From assembly GCA_038228545.1 (NCBI GenBank), contig JBBRPE010000001.1, forward strand, positions 1 to 44,923: a DNA stretch of 44,923 nucleotides, written 5' to 3'. Below are positions 27,459 through 35,340 of this stretch, one piece after another (within the stretch, counting starts at the first letter, position 1; every line of letters begins with the position of its first letter). The DNA comes from Minisyncoccia bacterium. GTDB taxonomy: Bacteria; Patescibacteriota; Minisyncoccia; Phycocordibacterales; Phycocordibacteraceae. The translations under genes and the position numbers were made by a program. The notes under the pieces are model-generated. The model made no database searches. It had not been told where the DNA came from and worked only from the letters and a program-made list of their open reading frames with translations.

Positions 27459-27992
27459 ATGAAATCACTCTTCCTCATCCTTGTCGACGGCCCAATGGGC
27501 TCCGGCAAAACGACTACCACAAAACTACTCAGTCAGAAGCTGCCTGACGCAGCCCGAATTGCGTTTCCCGACATCAAACGCCTTATACCGAATTATAAAG
27601 AGAACGAGAAAACTCTTCCTGTAATCCGAGAGGTAATGAAGGTAATGATTGATAAGTATCTAGAACTTGATACAAGCGTAATCGTTGAACAAATAGCAAA
27701 AGCCGATGGTATTGAGATACTCAAAGGTATTGCCGCAAGACATGGAGCTAAATTCTTTGCTTACAGGCTAAGCGCACCTAAGGAAGTTCGAATGGAACGG
27801 GTGAAAGAAAGAACTCGTGGAATGATGGAGATTCCAGAATTACCTGAATCAAAAGTCTTAGAATTGAAAAGTTACTTTGGGCCAAATGACGAGTTTTATA
27901 TAATTAATCCATCAAACCTAGTTTCAATTATTGATACTCAAGAACTTGGTCCAGAACAGGTTGTGGATGTCATAATCAATAACATTTCCTGA
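27459..27992 (+). CDS. P-loop small-molecule/nucleotide kinase (AAA_33-like)
   Basis: Walker A GPMGSGKTT; lid motif ERVKER. Confidence 0.85.
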   Translation: MKSLFLILVDGPMGSGKTTTTKLLSQKLPDAARIAFPDIKRLIPNYKENEKTLPVIREVMKVMIDKYLELDTSVIVEQIAKADGIEILKGIAARHGAKFFAYRLSAPKEVRMERVKERTRGMMEIPELPESKVLELKSYFGPNDEFYIINPSNLVSIIDTQELGPEQVVDVIINNIS

Positions 27993-28024
27993 AAAGTGCC
28001 GGTAGTCTGAGTATTGAATCTCAA

Positions 28025-28054
28025 ACAGGTTCGAACTTCCTCCAGCCAGTGGAG
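28025..28054 (-). repeat. Type II junction copy 1
   Basis: ACAGGTTCGAACTTCCTCCAGCCAGTGGAG; minus strand reads LHWLEEVRTC. Confidence 0.8.
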
Positions 28055-28122
28055 TAAAATATTAGACTGTCGCCACTTGCAAATACTCCCAAAAACACCT
28101 CAAATTCAATACTGCTGGCAAA

Positions 28123-28230
28123 CTAAGTGCCGGATTTCTCCATAATCCTAATCAAATAGAGCTGTTGAGCTAACTGATTCATATATTCCCTATTGAACAG
28201 CATCGGTATATTAATCTGATGTTCCGGGAG
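28123..28230 (-). repeat. Type I junction tail copy 3
   Basis: Translates LPEHQINIPMLFNREYMNQLAQQLYLIRIMEKSGT*; abuts CCGGGAGCA and a hairpin. Confidence 0.85.
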
Positions 28231-28265
28231 CAAATAGAAACCCCCGAAAGGGGGCTTTTCTATTT

Positions 28266-28392
28266 CTCCGCGGAGTGAGCCTGGGAGGCTCTCGTGTAGG
28301 ATTCGAAGAAACTTATGCGAGCATTTTGTGATTCATAGAGCAGAATCCGCAAAGTGGACAGCGAGTGTAGCTCGAGTGTCCTACCCGCGGAG
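28266..28392. repeat. Fold-back repeat element, copy A
   Basis: CTCCGCGG...CCGCGGAG outer stem matching the tRNA-Asn 3' end; conserved core. Confidence 0.88.
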
Positions 28393-28495
28393 CATTCAAA
28401 AGAACCACGTAATGCGTGGCTCTTTTGCGTTAGATGCTATCGCGAATATAACTTTCTCAGTTTAGAACGCTTTCTTCACTGCTATACTCCGTCTC

Positions 28496-29035
28496 ATGAG
28501 GGAGCGCCCAAAACTTATCATGCTCGGTGGCTTTGCTGCCTCCGGCAAGAGCACTATCGCGGAGCGGTATATTTCAGACCACCCACTTGCGCTTTGCGTC
28601 GAGGGTGACGAGATCATAACCAAACTTGGTCAATGGCGATCGCATATCAAGGAAGCGGTGGAATCCAAATTCTCACTGACAGCATGCATGGCCACGACTC
28701 ATCTGCGTGTTGGATATGACGTGATACTTCCTTTTCTTCTCGGAAATGAAAGTCATGCAGAAATGTATGAGAATCTTGCAACCGAAGCAGGTGCTGATTT
28801 CTTCGAGTTTTACATCTACGATAAGAAGGACGAGGCGATTAAACGTCTGCTTGCACGTGGTTCATGGGGCGAGACAGGACTTCCTCCAATAACCCAAGAG
28901 GACCTTCCGAGAATCGAGCGTTTATATGAGGAGATGATTGAAGCAGTCGCTAAGCGTCCGAATATGATTACGATCGAATCTACAGAGGGTGATATCGAAG
29001 GAACATACAAGGCTCTAATCACGGGACTACCCTAA
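28496..29035 (+). CDS. P-loop small-molecule/nucleotide kinase (AAA_33-like)
   Basis: Walker A GFAASGKST; KRLLAR lid. Confidence 0.85.
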   Translation: MRERPKLIMLGGFAASGKSTIAERYISDHPLALCVEGDEIITKLGQWRSHIKEAVESKFSLTACMATTHLRVGYDVILPFLLGNESHAEMYENLATEAGADFFEFYIYDKKDEAIKRLLARGSWGETGLPPITQEDLPRIERLYEEMIEAVAKRPNMITIESTEGDIEGTYKALITGLP

Positions 29036-29142
29036 ACGGCAGCAACTTTTTCCATCAACCTAATCAAATACAACTGTTGAGCCATCTGTTTCATGTACTC
29101 TCGGTTGAATAGCAAGGGTATATTAATGTGATGTTCTGGGAG
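29032..29142 (-). repeat. Type I junction tail copy 4
   Basis: Translates LPEHHINIPLLFNREYMKQMAQQLYLIRLMEKVAAV*; abuts GGGAGCCA. Confidence 0.85.
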
Positions 29143-29215
29143 CCAAGATTTATTTGGACAAGTTTCATTCGTAATGTAATCTTTATTTACGTCATTTTGA
29201 CGAAGGAGATTACAG

Positions 29216-29371
29216 ATGGGCACTGACCCAAATGTCAGAGGAAAACTCCAGGCTGACTTAGCTCGGGGAATCACAGAGGCCTTACGCCTATATGCTAAAG
29301 AGAATGGGTTTTCCGAAGAGTTTATCATGCAGCAAGCGCGTGACTTGCTTGTTGTGAAGCCTCCGACTTGA
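29216..29371 (+). CDS. Small hypothetical protein (51 aa, not in ORF track)
   Basis: MGTDPNVRGKLQADLARGITEALRLYAKENGFSEEFIMQQARDLLVVKPPT*; AAGGAG RBS; terminator at 29403-29432. Confidence 0.6.
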   Translation: MGTDPNVRGKLQADLARGITEALRLYAKENGFSEEFIMQQARDLLVVKPPT

Positions 29372-29437
29372 TCAACGATGATGTGTCGTGATTTCGTCAC
29401 AAGAGCCCCGCGCCAGCAACGGTCGCGGGGCTACTTT

Positions 29438-29476
29438 TTATACAAAACAGGTTCGAACATCCTCCACCCAGCGGAG
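29438..29476 (-). repeat. Type II junction copy 2
   Basis: Minus strand reads LRWVEDVRTCFV*. Confidence 0.85.
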
Positions 29477-29513
29477 TAAATGAAATCAGCACCCTTGTGG
29501 TGCTTTTTCGTTT

Positions 29514-29642
29514 GCTCCGCGGAGTACGCCTGGGAGACGTACGTGCAGGGATCGAAGAAACTTATGCGAGCATTTTGTGATTCTAAGAACAAAATCCGCA
29601 AAGTAGATAGCGACCGTAGGTCGAGTTCCCTGCCCGCGGAGC
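29514..29642. repeat. Fold-back repeat element, copy B
   Basis: GCTCCGCGG..GCAGGGATCGAA (antisense tRNA 3' end)...TCCCTGCCCGCGGAGC (sense tRNA 3' end). Confidence 0.9.
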
Positions 29643-29648
29643 TAATAT

Positions 29649-29677
29649 TTGACAGATTTAGATAAATGTGATATATA
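29649..29677 (+). promoter_or_regulatory. Sigma70 promoter directly after element B
   Basis: TTGACA-N17-TATATA with TG extension. Confidence 0.7.
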
Positions 29678-29739
29678 GAAAATAGCACGAGCTCTTAAAG
29701 TTCGTTTGTCCTACTCAATTTAATCAAGGGAACGGAAAC

Positions 29740-30207
29740 ATGTGCATCGAAAAATACGAGGCATTCATGACGCGACAGCTCGCGCAAACATCGCCGATTC
29801 GAGCAGCGTTTGAGGGCATGTCGATCGGCAACGATATGGTTGTCGAAGTTGGCGATCTTGTGTGGTGGCCGTGTCGCGGCGAAACTATCCTCCTCGGCGC
29901 AGTTAAGCTTAGAAGCGGAAAATGCCTCGCGCTCGGGTATGAGAACGGTACATTCATGGTGCCGCTCGACTCACGAGAATCGTGGGTACTTAACAGTCTT
30001 CAAGAACTACCACGTCTCGAACTCGAAGACGACCACATCGCAGTCTATTTCACCAACGAACGCTACCTGATGGCAATGCACGCTCGTGAATACGGCACCC
30101 TGGCGCCGCCGTGCTCATGGCGCTATTCGGGAATCGGGTCTGGAGGTTTAACGGCTCTCCGGCAGTTCGAGAAGCATGACATGACCCTAACAGTCGAACA
30201 CGACTAG
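29740..30207 (+). CDS. Hypothetical protein
   Basis: 155 aa; own promoter and terminator (30250-30282). Confidence 0.65.
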   Translation: MCIEKYEAFMTRQLAQTSPIRAAFEGMSIGNDMVVEVGDLVWWPCRGETILLGAVKLRSGKCLALGYENGTFMVPLDSRESWVLNSLQELPRLELEDDHIAVYFTNERYLMAMHAREYGTLAPPCSWRYSGIGSGGLTALRQFEKHDMTLTVEHD

Positions 30208-30285
30208 TCGCTCGAAGAAGCCCGGAGGAATTACTTCCCCGCCGATCTTCCGATGGCCGCTCTCCCCGAGAGCGGCCATCTTCTT

Positions 30286-30320
30286 TTATACAAAAGTCAA
30301 ACATCCTCCACCCAGCGGAG
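30286..30320 (-). repeat. Type II junction copy 3 (degenerate)
   Basis: ACATCCTCCACCCAGCGGAG; minus strand LRWVEDV*. Confidence 0.8.
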
Positions 30321-30352
30321 CCGGTTAGCCCAATCGCCCTTCGTGGCGATTT

Positions 30353-30462
30353 TGCGTTACATGTTCGCGAGTAGGATTCGAAAAATTTCTGCGCGCTTTT
30401 TGCAATGCAAAAATTGCAAAGTGGACAGCGAGTGTAGCTTGAGAATCCTATTTCATTACGCA
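30353..30462. repeat. Fold-back repeat element, copy C (divergent)
   Basis: TAGGATTC/GAATCCTA stem, TTTTTGCA/TGCAAAAA, AAAGTGGACAGCGAGTGTAGCT identical to copy A. Confidence 0.8.
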
Positions 30463-30521
30463 TTTATGACCTTGACGCTCACCCTTTATTTAGGGTAAGC
30501 ACTTACTGATCGCAAATCTTT

Positions 30522-31649
30522 TTACCAACCAGGTGGAAGTTCCGTCCCCCCACCGGTCATAAAGATACTTTTTGAAAGATCAAGGCAATTAGGAATTGAG
30601 GCTTTGAAATAATCATCGTGACCTACATCGAGAACAAGTCCTGGGTACTTCCATGACTCAGCACCTGCGTACATAAGATCCGAAGGACTATCCGAAACAT
30701 GACCGCGCAACGTTTGATGCGGAGAGCAAGTCGGTACGAATCCAAGAGTATGCATCGTTTCATGCAACATATCAAAATCAAGATACCCAGGATTTGTAGC
30801 AGAAGATGCAAGAAAATTAGATTCACATGGAGCGGCTACAGGATTGCCACCTTGCATATATTCTGCCGCTACGTGCCCCTTCAGATTGGGTGGCCATGCT
30901 CCACCTCCACAACTCGTATTACTATGACCATCGTAGTAAACCGCGTACAATTTGTGCGGATCAATAAATCCTAATTCCCGTAAATGTTTTTCTAGGTCGT
31001 CTCGTACATAGGGGTTTGAACTTGCGCTCGTGCTCCACGGTAAATCGGAGCCTTCTTTAACTGTTTTATCAGTTTGATTCAAGCGAACGAAGGTGACGTC
31101 AAGTGCTCCGTTATGAGTGTCTACCTTCATACCCTGACCTCCGGTCTGCGTACAAAGCCAATCTTCCCAGGAAGATACTGATGTTGCGATGGCACCATTC
31201 GTGTCGTATGCGTGATCAGTCCCATCGCTCGGAAGGACATAGACGATATGAACTTGGTAGCCGGACTGATCGTCAGTTTGGTCAATTGCTGAACGACTTA
31301 CCGGGATTTTAAGTGAAGTTATGCAGGGGTTTATCTCCTTTGTAGAAACTGCTTCAGTTTTAGTGCTTGGTACTGTTGGAATCACAGGCTGGACAGGATT
31401 CTCGACGGGAGGAGATAGTGGAGTCTTTGGGAGAGGTTGAGTTTGTGACGGATAAATAGAATTTGAAACCCCTGTGGTTTTAGGAGACGGAGAGGTGCTT
31501 GCCTGATTATTAATTCGAGTTTGAACTACAGTAACTTCACTGTTCGCCGGAGTTTTTGCAATCCCTAAAAGGGGTACAGGGAAAACAGAATTGATAAACG
31601 AATTTATACCGAGGAACACTATCACTAAGGCATTCTGAATAAATTGCAT
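30522..31649 (-). CDS. Secreted/surface zinc metallopeptidase-like protein
   Basis: N-terminal hydrophobic signal, P/T/S-rich linker, HETMHTLG (HExxH) and SDLMY Met-turn-like motif. Confidence 0.75.
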   Translation of the reverse strand: MQFIQNALVIVFLGINSFINSVFPVPLLGIAKTPANSEVTVVQTRINNQASTSPSPKTTGVSNSIYPSQTQPLPKTPLSPPVENPVQPVIPTVPSTKTEAVSTKEINPCITSLKIPVSRSAIDQTDDQSGYQVHIVYVLPSDGTDHAYDTNGAIATSVSSWEDWLCTQTGGQGMKVDTHNGALDVTFVRLNQTDKTVKEGSDLPWSTSASSNPYVRDDLEKHLRELGFIDPHKLYAVYYDGHSNTSCGGGAWPPNLKGHVAAEYMQGGNPVAAPCESNFLASSATNPGYLDFDMLHETMHTLGFVPTCSPHQTLRGHVSDSPSDLMYAGAESWKYPGLVLDVGHDDYFKASIPNCLDLSKSIFMTGGGTELPPGW

Positions 31650-31844
31650 TTGCTTTAAGTATAACGCTACACAGGGTTTTTCTTCCGTGCCGACTAGTAT
31701 GGAAAGGTGTGGATGGGCACCATGAATGATTTAGGCTGAAACTCTTCAAGTTAGTTCGTGTGCACTAATTCCGACAGAGAGTCGGCATTGTAGTAGATTA
31801 GCGCCGCAAGACGAGGTTCCATTCCCCACTTCTGCGTTTTTCTT

Positions 31845-31880
31845 TTATATACAGGTTCGAACATCCTCCAGCCAGCGGAG
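31845..31880 (-). repeat. Type II junction copy 4
   Basis: Minus strand reads LRWLEDVRTCI*; followed by hairpin 31881-31916. Confidence 0.85.
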
Positions 31881-31933
31881 TAAATGAAAAAAGCGCCAAT
31901 GGCGCTTTTTTCATTTCAGCAGTTGAGAAACGT

Positions 31934-32281
31934 CTATGAGCCAAGCTTCGCGGCCGCTTCAGGGGTTGAGACGGTCTTGCTCATTAAGAAAATCCGGATA
32001 ATCCCCCACGCCACCAGTAGATATACCAGCATGGCAAGAACGGTCGTCCATTCAAATACCGAGCCAGCAACATACGTTCTTGGAAACACCGTGAGGAATG
32101 GCTGAGCGAATGGCCACGTTACTGTGTAAATAAAACTGGCAAACCCGGAGCCTGCATTTGCAGCGGTCATCTTCAATACAAAACGAAAGGCCAGAAGTAT
32201 TTCGATTACGGCTAATATATACCAAACGATCTGAGTCCCACGAAAAATAGGTTTGGTGGTCGGTGAATTGTATGAGTCCAT
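31934..32281 (-). CDS. YggT-like membrane protein
   Basis: IEILLAFRFVLK...FIYTVTWPFAQPF...LAMLVY pattern. Confidence 0.75.
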   Translation of the reverse strand: MDSYNSPTTKPIFRGTQIVWYILAVIEILLAFRFVLKMTAANAGSGFASFIYTVTWPFAQPFLTVFPRTYVAGSVFEWTTVLAMLVYLLVAWGIIRIFLMSKTVSTPEAAAKLGS

Positions 32282-32293
32282 AGGTATATAAGG

Positions 32294-32425
32294 TTAAGTT
32301 AGCAGGCGCACGACAACAATAATCACAACTAAAACGAGAAGCGTATGGATAAGATTACCTCCCAAATGGAAGCTGAATCCTAGTAACCATAGTACGAAGA
32401 CGATGACAGCAATGGTCCACAACAT
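32294..32425 (-). CDS. Lmo0937-family small membrane protein
   Basis: MLWTIAVIVFVLWLLGF...GGNLIHTLLVL, 43 aa. Confidence 0.8.
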   Translation of the reverse strand: MLWTIAVIVFVLWLLGFSFHLGGNLIHTLLVLVVIIVVVRLLT

Positions 32426-32536
32426 AGTGAGAAGGGATTTAGGAGAGTAAGTGACCGGCGTGACATTCGCTGAGCGCATCGACACTAGGAAACAAATGTA
32501 TATCAAAAGTATACACCCCGATTAGGATACCTATTT

Positions 32537-32652
32537 CTCCGCGGAGTACGTCTGGGAGACGTACGTGCAGGGATCGAAGATGTTGCGTGCATTTTGTGAA
32601 GCAAAATCCTCAACATGTACGTTCCCGTAGGGAAAAGTCCCTACCCCCGGAA
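32537..32652. repeat. Fold-back repeat element, copy D
   Basis: CTCCGCGGAGTACGTCTGGGAGACGTACGTGCAGGGATCGAAGA nearly identical to the 5' part of copy B. Confidence 0.88.
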
Positions 32653-32658
32653 CAAGAC

Positions 32659-32686
32659 TTGACAAAAACAGTGAGAGTGCTAAAAT
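32659..32686 (+). promoter_or_regulatory. Sigma70 promoter directly after element D
   Basis: TTGACA-N16-TAAAAT with TG extension. Confidence 0.7.
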
Positions 32687-32723
32687 TTATATTCTGCTCT
32701 TTACATGAAATTAGGAGAATACA

Positions 32724-33368
32724 GTGAGCACACACGGAAATCGAAAAACGCCCGAAAATGTTTCGGTCGAGACTCCGGGCGGCTACAAACTCGCTTCAAC
32801 CTTCCTGGGTCGTGATTTCGTCACGCCCGAGGAAGTGATGCGTGCGCGGCGCGGTGTCGTCTACACCGACGAGCAACTCGCCCACTTCGTCGAGACCATT
32901 CCGACGGAAGACGTCCTTCGGTGGTGTCAGGAAAACAACTTCGTTCTGATGCCTCTGCCGCCCCTACCGTTGTCTCTCCTCGAGGTGCGCGGACTCAACC
33001 TCAGCCTGTTCTTCTCGAAGATTGGCGGCTGGTACGCCGACCACGCCGAGAAGTTTTCGACGGTGACAAAGACCGGCAGTGGCTGGCTCCTGGTCGGCAA
33101 GCAACAACTTCCAAAGCCCGTCACGAATATGTGGGACGAAGTGCGTCCCACATGGGCGTACGTGCCAAGCGCGGTCGAGATGTGCTGGATGCTGACCACC
33201 TTCTACGAGGTCTATGGGATCCGCCTCTACGGCAGCACCTACGTCAGGACTTCGAGCGTGGCCACGCACGGTAAGGTCCGGCTTGGCGGATTCCAGCCGC
33301 AAGGCATCGGTATTCACTTCACGAACGAATCCTTCGATATGCCTTTCGCTTGGGCGAGAACGCCCTGA
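32724..33368 (+). CDS. Hypothetical protein
   Basis: 214 aa, GTG start with AGGAG RBS, GC-rich; long terminator hairpin 33404-33458. Confidence 0.75.
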   Translation: MSTHGNRKTPENVSVETPGGYKLASTFLGRDFVTPEEVMRARRGVVYTDEQLAHFVETIPTEDVLRWCQENNFVLMPLPPLPLSLLEVRGLNLSLFFSKIGGWYADHAEKFSTVTKTGSGWLLVGKQQLPKPVTNMWDEVRPTWAYVPSAVEMCWMLTTFYEVYGIRLYGSTYVRTSSVATHGKVRLGGFQPQGIGIHFTNESFDMPFAWARTP

Positions 33369-33461
33369 TCGAAAAGCACGCCGACTCTTCTGAGAACGGC
33401 TTACCGCCCCACGTCGAAACGAAGCCTAACCCCTTCGTTTCGACGGAGGGGCGGTTTTCTT

Positions 33462-33500
33462 TTACACTAAACAGGTTTTAACATCCTCTAGCTAGCCAAG
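33462..33500 (-). repeat. Type II junction copy 5 (degenerate)
   Basis: ACAGGTTTTAACATCCTCTAGCTAGCCAAG; minus strand LG*LEDVKTCLV*. Confidence 0.7.
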
Positions 33501-33572
33501 TCAGACTTTTAATCTAAGTAATGACTCATTTTTAAATGTTAAGATTACTTAACATTACTAAAGATACACTTT

Positions 33573-34067
33573 ATGCACATAAAATTTATCATTGGAGGAA
33601 TTATTGGAATAGCAGTACTTGGATTTGGGTACTACGCTATTTCCCCTGTTTTTAATAAAGTCAAAGTTAACGACGAGCTTCCCGTAAGTACTGCCGGAAA
33701 CACCAGTGTGCCTAGTGCAAACGGCACGACCTCACCCACGAATGAGCCGGCAATGAAAGGTACTGCATCTGCAGAAGTTATGGGAACGCTCGGTCACCCA
33801 GCTTCAGGTACTGTGCGCATCGTGACGGTAAACGATAAAAAATATATTCGTTATGAAAACTTCAAGACAATAAACGGTCCAGATATCTATGTATATCTAT
33901 CCAAGGATCTTGGTGCAAAAGAGTATGTCAGCCTCGGTAAGGTAACCGCAACCGAAGGAAACATAAATTACGAAATTCCTGCCACTGTTAATCCGAACGA
34001 CTACAAATATGTGCTTACGTGGTGCAAGACATTTGGGGTTTTATTCAATTCAGGACAACTCAATTAA
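33573..34067 (+). CDS. DM13 domain-containing membrane-anchored protein
   Basis: HPASGTV, NGPDIYVYLS, GNINYEIP, VLTWCKTFGVLF. Confidence 0.88.
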   Translation: MHIKFIIGGIIGIAVLGFGYYAISPVFNKVKVNDELPVSTAGNTSVPSANGTTSPTNEPAMKGTASAEVMGTLGHPASGTVRIVTVNDKKYIRYENFKTINGPDIYVYLSKDLGAKEYVSLGKVTATEGNINYEIPATVNPNDYKYVLTWCKTFGVLFNSGQLN

Positions 34068-34108
34068 AAAAGGGCTTGTATAACTTGTTGTACTCGGGAA
34101 GCGACTGT

Positions 34109-34170
34109 ACTACCGTCCAGTCACCAGAGCAAATGAACGCACCCCTTCCGGGGTGTTGTTCATTTACTTC
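34109..34170. repeat. Type III junction copy 1 with hairpin
   Basis: ACTACCGTCCAG shared with 37702-37713, then GAGCAAATGAAC...GTTCATTTACTTC. Confidence 0.6.
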
Positions 34171-34218
34171 ACCAAGAACGCCACTGGAACCTTCTCGTAC
34201 TTTCTATAGAATGAACGC

Positions 34219-34785
34219 ATGAGTTTGACCGACCAACAGGCAGTAGAAGCGACCCTACGAGATCGACATGCGTTTTCAATACTTGTTGAGCGATATCAGG
34301 CGCCATTACTTCGATACATTCAGCGTCTCGGAACGCTCGACGCTGACGTGGCTAAAGATATTCTCCAAGAGACGTTCATCAAGGTGTACTTAAATTTAAA
34401 CGATTATAATCCGACGCACCCTTTTAGCTCGTGGGCATACCGAATTGCGCATAACGAAACAATGATACACTTCCGGCGACAAAAGCACCGTCCAGTAGTG
34501 CTCGACCCGGAACAGTACACGACGTTGTTCGAATCCATTCCGGATGAACTGGATATAGAGAAAGAAATTGATGTGGGGCGTACAAGTGTCGATGTTGGTC
34601 AAGCCATCGCAAAACTAAAACCTGTGTATAGAGACATTCTCGTTCTCCGTTTCTTCGAGAATAAAAGTTACGACGAAATTTCATATATTCTTGAAATTCC
34701 GAACGGTACTGTGGCGACAAACCTTGCTCGAGGCAAGAAAGCATTGGCGCTCGAGCTCAAAAATAAGTACATAACTGACATATAA
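34219..34785 (+). CDS. ECF RNA polymerase sigma factor
   Basis: DILQETFIKVY, FSSWAYRIAHN, SYDEISYILEIPNGTVATNLARGK. Confidence 0.93.
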   Translation: MSLTDQQAVEATLRDRHAFSILVERYQAPLLRYIQRLGTLDADVAKDILQETFIKVYLNLNDYNPTHPFSSWAYRIAHNETMIHFRRQKHRPVVLDPEQYTTLFESIPDELDIEKEIDVGRTSVDVGQAIAKLKPVYRDILVLRFFENKSYDEISYILEIPNGTVATNLARGKKALALELKNKYITDI

Positions 34786-34786
34786 T

Positions 34787-35275
34787 ATGGAAACGATGGA
34801 TACATTTTCGGAACAAGTAGAAAAAGAAATCGTGGCACGGGGTGTAACGCCACTTCCCCGCTGGCATTTCCTTGTACGCCGATCAGTATTCTGGACGCTT
34901 GCGGTCTTTTCAATAATCGTCGGAACCATTGCGTTCTCGGCAGCTGACTATGTGTTTTTTGATAATGAAGGAATGAGCGCAGCAACTATTCTTGAGTCTC
35001 CTATTGAGGTAATTGTGCAGACAGTTCCGTTTGTATGGCTTATTGTCTTTGGTCTCTTCGTAGCAAGTGCGTATTTGGGTCTGCGTAAAACCCGTAGTGG
35101 CTATAAATATCGGGCCCTGCTTGCGGTATCCGGCGTCATTGTTGTAACCATTGCTTTGGGAATGCTCCTAAATCTTTTCGATTTCGGGCAGACGGTACAC
35201 TATTACCTCCTCCACCACACAACATTCTATAACGCCCTCATACATTCTAGTGATGACGTACAAGTTCCTTTTTGA
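34787..35275 (+). CDS. Membrane protein, probable anti-sigma partner
   Basis: 3 TM segments; coupled 1 nt after the ECF sigma. Confidence 0.65.
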   Translation: METMDTFSEQVEKEIVARGVTPLPRWHFLVRRSVFWTLAVFSIIVGTIAFSAADYVFFDNEGMSAATILESPIEVIVQTVPFVWLIVFGLFVASAYLGLRKTRSGYKYRALLAVSGVIVVTIALGMLLNLFDFGQTVHYYLLHHTTFYNALIHSSDDVQVPF

Positions 35276-35340
35276 AAGAAAGTTGAGGTGAGGTGCATAC
35301 TACAGATGAGGGTAATACAGCCTTCTTAAGACACAGCCGT

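Noticed and set aside
29032-29400. 122-aa minus-strand ORF as a real gene
   Set aside because: Only its last 36 codons are conserved in the other copies; the rest is antisense to the RBS-led 51-aa ORF.
28266-29642. Elements A and B as intron-containing tRNA genes
   Set aside because: They have acceptor-like ends but no D-arm or anticodon arm, and the intact TTCGA T-loop sequence is on the opposite strand.
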